IMG/VR virus record: IMGVR_UViG_3300044674_000217
Coordinates: 1 to 24,145 of that record
Length of the DNA: 24,145 nucleotides
DNA from: a virus
Taxonomy: Duplodnaviria; Caudoviricetes
Strand: one strand, 5' to 3'
Shown one piece after another: positions 1 through 6,156 of this stretch (position 1 is the first letter of the stretch; each line of letters begins with the position of its first letter). The notes beneath the pieces were generated by a model, which was not told the DNA's origin, did no database searches, and saw only the letters and a list, made by a program, of their open reading frames with translations. Both the position numbers and the translations under genes were made by a program.

Positions 1-90
1 TTGGCAGCAAAGCTGGCAGAGAAAGGCATCGACCTCAAGCCAACCAGTGTTGCAAACACTGATGGCGTAGAGACACAGGAGGTAGCGTAA
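1..90 (+). CDS. 3' end of a truncated hypothetical phage protein (..LAAKLAEKGIDLKPTSVANTDGVETQEVA*)
   Basis: Frame 1 is open from the window start to TAA at 88-90 and is followed immediately by a terminator hairpin. Confidence 0.6.
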   Translation: MAAKLAEKGIDLKPTSVANTDGVETQEVA

Positions 91-95
91 CAGAG

Positions 96-116
96 AGGGG
101 CTTCGGCCCCTTTTTT
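96..116 (+). terminator. Rho-independent terminator
   Basis: AGGGGC-TTCG-GCCCCT stem with a C(UUCG)G loop, followed by a T6 tract, just after a stop codon. Confidence 0.9.
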
Positions 117-219
117 ACTTGGACAGGTTCTTCTGGGGGCACGCCAAGAGGGGTGAGTGTGTGCAGCAGTAAGCTGCATACAGTCGCCAGCAAAATTAAA
201 CTTAAAAAAGGAAAACCAA

Positions 220-378
220 ATGTTAAAAACTGTTTGGATTGCATTCGTAGCATTCTCTACGCCAGAAGAATGCGATCAGTTTTTAAAAACGAATCCTTCA
301 CTTGCTCACGGTGAAGTGCAATGCGTCATTCATCAGCACGAAGTGCCGCAAGTAAAACCAAAACGAAAACCAAAGTGA
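220..378 (+). CDS. hypothetical protein (52 aa)
   Basis: ORF 157..378 restarted at ATG 220, which follows an AAGGA Shine-Dalgarno; same orientation as the early block. Confidence 0.65.
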   Translation: MLKTVWIAFVAFSTPEECDQFLKTNPSLAHGEVQCVIHQHEVPQVKPKRKPK

Positions 379-410
379 CGTAAGGTAACTAATGACTTTA
401 ACTATTGTCA

Positions 411-424
411 CTGCAATAATGCAG
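411..424. promoter_or_regulatory. palindromic operator-like site, copy 1 (CTGCAATAATGCAG)
   Basis: CTGCA-N4-TGCAG inverted repeat in intergenic DNA, directly after a -35-like TTGTCA (405-410). The same arms recur at 2074 and 3473. Confidence 0.75.
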
Positions 425-447
425 GACATAACCAAAGGAGAACTAAC

Positions 448-645
448 ATGAGACTGAATTACATTGATTATGCAGACCTGCCTTTGTCAGTAATGTTTGT
501 AAAAGATGACATCGAATTGCTTCATGAATTCTTTTTATTTGTTGATGCAAATTTAGACATAAATGAAGGTTTCAAACGGCCCATTTCATTAAGACAAATC
601 ATAACATGCTTTGCAGAAATACATGCAAAATTAGAGGAGATATAG
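448..645 (+). CDS. hypothetical protein (65 aa)
   Basis: Strong AAAGGAG RBS; ends 1 nt before the next ATG. Confidence 0.8.
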   Translation: MRLNYIDYADLPLSVMFVKDDIELLHEFFLFVDANLDINEGFKRPISLRQIITCFAEIHAKLEEI

Positions 646-646
646 C

Positions 647-1480
647 ATGAAACATTTCTCAATGAGTGACTTCAACTTTCCTGTTGAACAACAACCAATT
701 CATGACCAGCTTGGCAATATTATTGCTGGTCATCAAGCTGTTGTGCGTACCGACACCGATCAGGTGTTGGGCGTACACGGATCACGCTACAAGATTGTAT
801 CACACGATGATGTAGTCAACTCAGTACTCGACGGAGTGAAGTCATCAAATCTATCAGACGATTATGAAGTAAGCGTCGATGTGCTTGAAGACGGTCGCAA
901 GCTAAGAGGTGAGATACTATTTAATAATCTTACTGTTGAACCAGCAGTCGGTGACTATGTTAAGTTCCGAGTTAGCTTCTTCAATAGCTACGATGCGTCT
1001 TGGTCCTTCTCTCAGCAAGCCAATGGCTTACGGCTATGGTGCCTCAATGGTTGCACCACACCCGACACAGTGGCGCGCAGTAGATACAAGCACACTGCAT
1101 CTATCAACGTCGAAGGTGCAGCAGCCAAGGTAATCAATGGCCTTGAGCACTTTCAATCTCGCAAGGATGTCTGGCAAAGCTGGATGCACACCAAGCTAGA
1201 GCAACCACAGGTCGAAAACTTCTTTAAGAAGACTGTCTGCAAAGCATTTACACGCCAGCAATCAGTCACCAAGACCAACGAAAAGCAATTAGAAAATTTG
1301 CTAAGTATTTGGAGCGACGAGCGCAACAGCCTCGGCTCCAATAAGTGGGCGTTATACAACTGCCTTACTTACTGGGCTACGCATACACAAGATCTGCGTA
1401 AGCCAGAGATTGCCAAGTACAATCGTGAGATACAGATTGCTAGTGCAATGAAATCAAAACAATGGACGGAGATGGCATGA
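647..1480 (+). CDS. DUF932-family phage/plasmid protein
   Basis: Motifs typical of DUF932: VVRTDTDQVLGVHGSRYKIV, NSYDAS, RLWCLNG, KHT, WALYNCLTYWATH. Confidence 0.85.
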   Translation: MKHFSMSDFNFPVEQQPIHDQLGNIIAGHQAVVRTDTDQVLGVHGSRYKIVSHDDVVNSVLDGVKSSNLSDDYEVSVDVLEDGRKLRGEILFNNLTVEPAVGDYVKFRVSFFNSYDASWSFSQQANGLRLWCLNGCTTPDTVARSRYKHTASINVEGAAAKVINGLEHFQSRKDVWQSWMHTKLEQPQVENFFKKTVCKAFTRQQSVTKTNEKQLENLLSIWSDERNSLGSNKWALYNCLTYWATHTQDLRKPEIAKYNREIQIASAMKSKQWTEMA

Positions 1481-1713
1481 GACACGGCGAAGTATACAGA
1501 ATGAATAGTGCTTGGTGGTTTAGCAAGCGCACAGATGGCAGCACATTAGTGCTGTCAACTAAACATAAAACAAAAGCTAAAGCATTAGCTGAAGGACAAG
1601 AGCAGCTTAACGAAGGGCGTATTGACAACCTTCACACATGGAAAAGCAATGGGTCATATGAATCTTGTATGGCTATTTGCAAACCAACGGAGAACCAACA
1701 TGCGAATGAGTAA
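1477..1713 (+). CDS. hypothetical protein (78 aa)
   Basis: ATGA overlap with the DUF932 stop; GGAG upstream. Confidence 0.7.
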   Translation: MRHGEVYRMNSAWWFSKRTDGSTLVLSTKHKTKAKALAEGQEQLNEGRIDNLHTWKSNGSYESCMAICKPTENQHANE

Positions 1714-1903
1714 ACAACACTATGAATTTATTGCAGACACGATTGGGCCAATGGTAGGTTGGCCCTCTCACCTACACTCAATAGCTGATAAGCTAGAGAA
1801 AACTAATCCACGTTTTAATCGTGAAAAGTTTTTGCAACGTGCAACCAAAGCTTGGGAGGACAACCATGACATACCAGATGTTGATGACCACATCCCTTAT
1901 TGA
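1700..1903 (+). CDS. hypothetical protein (67 aa)
   Basis: GGAG RBS before ATG 1700. The MSKQHYEFIA..NPRFNREKF pattern is of a type common in small phage early proteins. Confidence 0.75.
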   Translation: MRMSKQHYEFIADTIGPMVGWPSHLHSIADKLEKTNPRFNREKFLQRATKAWEDNHDIPDVDDHIPY

Positions 1904-2069
1904 ATGCCCAGAGTGCTACGGTCATGGCACTCTGACTTACACTAGGTTTATTAGGCAAAGCTTTGATGTCGATGTAGGCTACGAAGAAGAATACAAAGAC
2001 ACTTGCTGGAACTGCAATGGTGACTGTGAGATTGAGGTAGAACCAGAGGATCTTGACAACGATGACTGA
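1866..2069 (+). CDS. small zinc-finger protein with DnaJ-type CxxCxGxG motifs
   Basis: CPECYGHG and CWNCNGDC motifs; GGGAGGA RBS 5 nt before ATG 1866. Confidence 0.75.
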   Translation: MTYQMLMTTSLIECPECYGHGTLTYTRFIRQSFDVDVGYEEEYKDTCWNCNGDCEIEVEPEDLDNDD

Positions 2070-2088
2070 CTTGCTGCATTAGTGCAGT
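2053..2088 (+). promoter_or_regulatory. putative sigma70 promoter (TTGACA at 2053) overlapped by operator copy 2 (CTGCATTAGTGCAG, 2074-2087)
   Basis: Perfect -35. An 18-nt spacer puts a weak -10 (CATTAG) inside the palindrome and predicts +1 at the A of ATG 2089. Confidence 0.6.
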
Positions 2089-2373
2089 ATGAAGTCATAT
2101 CTAAGATACTTACAAGACAGAGCAGACGAGACAAATGTTTCGCTGCTCACCTCTTTCAAACGAGCAAGCGTACCAACATCAACTTACTATCGCTCGATCA
2201 ATGGAGATACAGAACTGAGATATGATACCGCAGTGAAAGTAATTAATGCTATCGAAGAACTTCACTCGATACAACAAGCCCGTCAGCATACCGAAAGATT
2301 ACGAGCTTCTGGTAAAGATGTTAACCGCCGCTCGGTTAGAGCTAAGTTTAAGCCAAGAAGCATTAGCTCATAA
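2089..2373 (+). CDS. Cro/XRE-like HTH DNA-binding protein
   Basis: RASVPTSTYYRSINGDTELRYDTAVKV resembles the HTH recognition helix and following helix of Cro/C1 proteins. Confidence 0.7.
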   Translation: MKSYLRYLQDRADETNVSLLTSFKRASVPTSTYYRSINGDTELRYDTAVKVINAIEELHSIQQARQHTERLRASGKDVNRRSVRAKFKPRSISS

Positions 2374-2494
2374 GATTGGCTGCACTGTATCACTCATTCA
2401 TAAATGGGAAGCGCATAAGCGTTTGCCTTCTGGGTTTATGCTTATGTGTTGGCTGGATGCGTTAGAGTATGACATCGAAGTCAAAAAAAGGTAG
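2246..2494 (+). CDS. XRE-family HTH transcriptional regulator (start uncertain)
   Basis: ARLELSLSQEALAHKIGCTVSLIHKWEAHKRLPS is a canonical HTH_3 signature. Confidence 0.85.
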   Translation: MLSKNFTRYNKPVSIPKDYELLVKMLTAARLELSLSQEALAHKIGCTVSLIHKWEAHKRLPSGFMLMCWLDALEYDIEVKKR

Positions 2495-2789
2495 CTCAAT
2501 TGATTGCATTGCATGCCAAACCACAACCACTTGGTTCGTTGCAATACTTAAAAACAATAGCGCAGCTACTTACGAGAAACATTGGTATGTCTGCCTTCAT
2601 TGCTACGAGGAGGACAAATGGCAAACCGTAACAAGAACAAGGGAACTTACCACGAAAAGTGGTTCGTCGACTGGCTTACGAAAGCGAAGATCAAAGCGAA
2701 AAGGCAACCCCTCTCAGGCAGCTTGGGAGGAGAGTATAGCGGCGACATCAAGCTCGAACTCTTCGGACAAGAACTGGTGGGAGAAGTAA
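2469..2789 (+). CDS. putative zinc-ribbon protein with an overprinted C-terminal tail
   Basis: CIAC...CLHC pair lies in the 2495-2617 gap between two clear genes; the remainder overlaps the resolvase gene. Confidence 0.55.
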   Translation: MTSKSKKGSSIDCIACQTTTTWFVAILKNNSAATYEKHWYVCLHCYEEDKWQTVTRTRELTTKSGSSTGLRKRRSKRKGNPSQAAWEESIAATSSSNSSDKNWWEK

Positions 2790-2974
2790 AGTATAGGGAC
2801 AAGTCCAACTTCCCTAGCCCATTCACAGTATTAGATAGGCGAGACATTGCCTTCTATAAAAGACGGACAGGAAGTCCGCAAACTCTGGTCATCATGAGCG
2901 GTGATCAATTCCTTAAACTTATGGAGAACGCAAATGCCATACAATCAAAGCAAGATCGGATACAAACAGAATAG
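2618..2974 (+). CDS. Hjc-like PD-(D/E)XK Holliday junction resolvase
   Basis: NKNKGTYHEK, RQPLSG, GD and EVK motifs; GAGGAGGA RBS before ATG 2618. Confidence 0.8.
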   Translation: MANRNKNKGTYHEKWFVDWLTKAKIKAKRQPLSGSLGGEYSGDIKLELFGQELVGEVKYRDKSNFPSPFTVLDRRDIAFYKRRTGSPQTLVIMSGDQFLKLMENANAIQSKQDRIQTE

Positions 2975-3239
2975 ATCCAGTAAGCAAGCAGCTAGCTTTA
3001 ATCAAGAAGGCAAGCTAACAATCCGTTATCAAGTCCTTGAGTTGTTCAAGGAACATGGTGAACTTACCAATGAGCAAGTCTCTCAGCTTCTTAACAAGCC
3101 AGAGATCTCAGTCCAACCTAGAATCAGTGAGCTAAAGAACGCAGGAGTTATTTGTGACTCAGGCAAAAAAGCTATGGGTAAGTGGGGAACATCAATTACA
3201 ATCTGGAGCTACGATGAAAAAGCCAAAGCAACTGGGTAG
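2934..3239 (+). CDS. winged-helix DNA-binding protein
   Basis: ELTNEQVSQLLNKPEISVQPRISELKNAGVICDSG fits a wHTH; GGAG RBS before ATG 2934. Confidence 0.8.
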   Translation: MPYNQSKIGYKQNRSSKQAASFNQEGKLTIRYQVLELFKEHGELTNEQVSQLLNKPEISVQPRISELKNAGVICDSGKKAMGKWGTSITIWSYDEKAKATG

Positions 3240-3471
3240 TGTAGTATCAAGCAGCGTTTGGGATGCACACATTAATAAAGCTACAAGCTCACCGCACTAC
3301 GCTAGAGAATACAAGAAGTATAGTTATGTGCTTGATGAGTATGAGATTATAGCCAAGCGAATTAAGAATGGTGAGCCTGTCGGTGAGCCATATCTTAAAG
3401 GCGAGCAGCGAAAAAAACTATTAGAACTTACTGACATTACTGAAGCCGACCTCAAAAAATATCTTGAGTAA
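3214..3471 (+). CDS. hypothetical phage protein (85 aa)
   Basis: GGAG RBS before ATG 3214; short overlap with the previous gene. Confidence 0.75.
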   Translation: MKKPKQLGSVVSSSVWDAHINKATSSPHYAREYKKYSYVLDEYEIIAKRIKNGEPVGEPYLKGEQRKKLLELTDITEADLKKYLE

Positions 3472-3492
3472 GCTGCAAGTATGCAGTAGTCT
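3464..3492 (+). promoter_or_regulatory. sigma70-like promoter TTGAGT-N17-TAGTCT with operator copy 3 (CTGCAAGTATGCAG, 3473-3486) in the spacer
   Basis: Exact 17-nt spacing; the palindrome fills the spacer up to the -10 box; lies upstream of the recombination genes. Confidence 0.7.
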
Positions 3493-3518
3493 AGCCCTCA
3501 TAATAAAAGGAGAACTCA

Positions 3519-3674
3519 ATGGATGATCGCATCTGTATGTATTATGTATTGTCTCGACTGGATGATATTATAAAAGCTGAAAGCATAGAGCTAAGCTATG
3601 AAATGGTAAGCTCACTTAAAGATGAGCTAATCTATAACTTAGGCGTTAATGCAAGGTTACGTCATGGAGCGTAA
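3519..3674 (+). CDS. hypothetical protein (51 aa, MDDRICMYYVLSRLDD..), not in the ORF track
   Basis: AAAGGAG RBS, ATG 3519, TAA 3672-3674 overlapping the exonuclease start. Confidence 0.75.
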   Translation: MDDRICMYYVLSRLDDIIKAESIELSYEMVSSLKDELIYNLGVNARLRHGA

Positions 3675-4440
3675 AGGTTTCATAGGCGGCAGTGACTGCG
3701 TAAAGATTATGAATGGCGACTGGCTTGAGCTATGGCAGATCAAGACTGGTCGCGTAGATCCAGACGACTTGTCTCGCAATATTGCAGTACAACTCGGTAG
3801 CTGGACTGAAGACTTCAATCTTGAATGGTTTGAACATGAGCATGATTGCATTCTGTCTAATCAGCAGCATGAATATGAATTAGAAATTGGTACTGTACCA
3901 GCAAAAGGTACAATTGATGCTAAGTGGGGCAGCTTTATAGTCGAAGCCAAGCACACCAATCCATACAAATCTATGGATGATATTATTGAATACTACATGC
4001 CGCAGATACAACTGTACTGCTATCTTGCCAAAGCAGATGGTGCTTATTTCTCAGTAATTTTTGGCAACAGCAAATGGGAGTCAGCACATGTCTCGTTCGA
4101 CCTACGCTATTTCAATTCTATGTGGGCAGTGGTGTCAGACTTCTGGGGTTACGTTGTACGCGACGAAGAACCGATTGGTATTCAAACGCCAGACATCTCC
4201 ATTGACAAGATTGAGGTGGACAACATGGTCAAGCGAGACGCCAGCACAGACAACCAGTTCATCGACGCAGCAATTACCTACATCAACGGTTACGAACATA
4301 ACCGCGTGTTCGAGAACGCAAAGAAAGATCTTAAAAACATGGTCGGCAGCAACGAAAGAGAAGTTTACTGCGACCACCTTACAATCAAACGAGACAAGCG
4401 GGGATCACTCCGCATAACAAGGAGAACCAACAATGACTAA
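3664..4440 (+). CDS. YqaJ-like (lambda exo family) recombination exonuclease
   Basis: N-terminal RKGFIGGSD, TIDA..VEAK catalytic motif and YYMPQIQLY. Confidence 0.88.
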   Translation: MERKGFIGGSDCVKIMNGDWLELWQIKTGRVDPDDLSRNIAVQLGSWTEDFNLEWFEHEHDCILSNQQHEYELEIGTVPAKGTIDAKWGSFIVEAKHTNPYKSMDDIIEYYMPQIQLYCYLAKADGAYFSVIFGNSKWESAHVSFDLRYFNSMWAVVSDFWGYVVRDEEPIGIQTPDISIDKIEVDNMVKRDASTDNQFIDAAITYINGYEHNRVFENAKKDLKNMVGSNEREVYCDHLTIKRDKRGSLRITRRTNND

Positions 4441-4882
4441 TAACCTCGACATCTGGGACAAGCTGGCCTCTTCAGACCCCAAATATCTGAAGAAGGTCAG
4501 CTTTGGCAGCCGATCATTCACCGCCATTGATCCACAATACCAAGTCAGAAAGATGACTGAACAGTTTGGGCCAGTCGGTGAAGGCTGGGGATGGCACAAC
4601 ACAACAGAGATTGTGCCTGTGAGCAACGGAGACAGCGCTGTGTTAGCGCATGTTACTGTTTGGCATAGTAGCCCAGCAAATTCATTTGGCCCCTTCACAG
4701 GGTGCCGTAAGTTCTTTGATGCAGCTAAGGGTCGTATGGCCGAGGATGCACCGAAGATGGCTATCACTGATGGCCTAACCAAAGCACTGTCGCACATTGG
4801 CTGTGATGCTGACATCTTCTTAGGTAAGATGGATGGTAATAAGTACGATCAAGACAGTGGAAATAAGAGCAGTGGGTGGTAG
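4433..4882 (+). CDS. Rad52/Sak-like single-strand annealing protein
   Basis: MTEQFGPVGEGWG and EDAPKMAITDGLTKALSHIG motifs; lies between the exonuclease and SSB genes. Confidence 0.78.
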   Translation: MTNNLDIWDKLASSDPKYLKKVSFGSRSFTAIDPQYQVRKMTEQFGPVGEGWGWHNTTEIVPVSNGDSAVLAHVTVWHSSPANSFGPFTGCRKFFDAAKGRMAEDAPKMAITDGLTKALSHIGCDADIFLGKMDGNKYDQDSGNKSSGW

Positions 4883-5060
4883 GTACACCAAAGAAAGAAT
4901 CCAAAGAACATGGTGTCCGCGTTGCGGCGCGGCACCACGTACTCCCTGCAAAAATAATAACGGGAGAAACCATCTTGAAAGAATGCAAAACTATCAAGAG
5001 TTCATGAACAAAAAACTTAAAGACCACAAGAAAAGGAGCCAGAAGCATGGCAGAATATGA
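4872..5060 (+). CDS. small zinc-finger protein (start uncertain)
   Basis: CPRCGAAPRTPC..H C3H motif; fills the gap between annealase and SSB. Confidence 0.65.
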   Translation: MGGRYTKERIQRTWCPRCGAAPRTPCKNNNGRNHLERMQNYQEFMNKKLKDHKKRSQKHGRI

Positions 5061-5412
5061 CCACACAAATAGAGGCGCAGCCTTCACACCATTCCCAACG
5101 CAGCAGATGATCTTGCAAGGTAAGGTCAACGTCGAAGGCGTGGATTCAAAAGTAGTTCTTGTCAAAGACCAGACTAAAGACGGTCGTGGTATTGTCGAGG
5201 TCTATCAGAAGATGGCTGTAATGTTTGACAATGACAAGAAGGGCAATGATGCAGCACCCGATTACTCTGGCCCAGTTGGTGAAGACAAACGGATTGCTGG
5301 GTGGAGACGCATGAAAGATGGTAAACCTTATATGTTTTTTCAAATAAGCGACAAGCAACAAGGCCAACAATCTGCATCTTCCCCATTGCAAGAAGATAGC
5401 ATTCCGTTCTAA
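5047..5412 (+). CDS. putative single-stranded DNA-binding protein
   Basis: C-terminal EDSIPF tail, APDYSG motif, AGGAG RBS and position in the recombination module. Confidence 0.75.
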   Translation: MAEYDHTNRGAAFTPFPTQQMILQGKVNVEGVDSKVVLVKDQTKDGRGIVEVYQKMAVMFDNDKKGNDAAPDYSGPVGEDKRIAGWRRMKDGKPYMFFQISDKQQGQQSASSPLQEDSIPF

Positions 5413-5458
5413 GCTAAGCTTAGTTCTCCAGAGGAGCGTCCTGCCCTCCCTCACAACT

Positions 5459-5501
5459 GCCTCGCTTAGCCAGATTACTCTGCATAGCGGGGCTTTTTTT
5501 T
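5459..5501 (+). terminator. Rho-independent terminator
   Basis: GCCTCGCT..AGCGGGGC stem with an inner CAGA-TTAC-TCTG hairpin, followed by T8. Confidence 0.8.
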
Positions 5502-5518
5502 ACCCAAAGGAGTTCATC

Positions 5519-5785
5519 ATGAAATTAAATAATAAAAAATTAATAGAGTTAAGAAAGGAAAGAGGAATAACTCAAGCAACAATGTGCAAAGATCTTAACT
5601 TACAGCAAGCTAATCTTTCTCGTTATGAAAGCGGATCAATTCAAAACCCTTCTGCAGCAATGGTTAAAGCGATGGCTAATTACCTTGAGTGTCACATGGA
5701 AGATCTTCTTTTAACAGAAAAAGGAGATAACCAAACAATTCCAAATCGAATTGATGTTCATGTTTACTTTCATTGGGGAGAATAA
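5519..5785 (+). CDS. XRE-family HTH transcriptional regulator
   Basis: LRKERGITQATMCKDLNLQQANLSRYESGSIQNPS; AAAGGAG RBS. Confidence 0.88.
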   Translation: MKLNNKKLIELRKERGITQATMCKDLNLQQANLSRYESGSIQNPSAAMVKAMANYLECHMEDLLLTEKGDNQTIPNRIDVHVYFHWGE

Positions 5786-5788
5786 TTA

Positions 5789-5980
5789 ATGGAAACATGG
5801 GAAGAAATGACGCAACGTCACAAGAAAGAAAAACTACAGCTAGTAAAAGCATTGGCACAATCTCGCTGCACTCAAACACAAGCAGCAAAAATCCTTGACG
5901 TAAAGCTATCTGGTCTGAATAATTTTATTCATCGCAACAAAATATACTGGCCCGTCATAGAGCAAGGGAGAAGACAATGA
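5789..5980 (+). CDS. Fis-like HTH protein
   Basis: ALAQSRCTQTQAAKILDVKLSGL resembles HTH_8; GGGGAG RBS. Confidence 0.7.
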   Translation: METWEEMTQRHKKEKLQLVKALAQSRCTQTQAAKILDVKLSGLNNFIHRNKIYWPVIEQGRRQ

Positions 5981-6156
5981 AAATACATCGCGCACATGAA
6001 GTAGAGTTAGACTTTCTAAAGCGCAGAGTTGATACGCTAATCAATGAAGAAAACAGAACCGACCCACATCCAAATGTAAAACAAGATCTATGGGCAGCGC
6101 GTTCTGAACTAAACCAATTTGTAAACAAACTAAGAAGTGAAGGCTATCACATATGA
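5977..6156 (+). CDS. hypothetical protein (59 aa, MKIHRAHEVELDFLKRRV..), not in the ORF track
   Basis: ATGA overlaps at both ends; GGGAG RBS. Confidence 0.75.
   Translation: MKIHRAHEVELDFLKRRVDTLINEENRTDPHPNVKQDLWAARSELNQFVNKLRSEGYHI

Noticed and set aside
411-424. Operator as a host Mur/Fur, LexA or CtrA box
   Set aside because: TGCA-N4-TGCA spacing is shorter than the alphaproteobacterial Mur box as I recall it, and there is no GTTC-N7-GTTC or TTAA-N7-TTAA pattern.
2484-2490. Classical A-AAA-AAG -1 frameshift heptamer
   Set aside because: The heptamer is phased to a frame that is not translated at this position.
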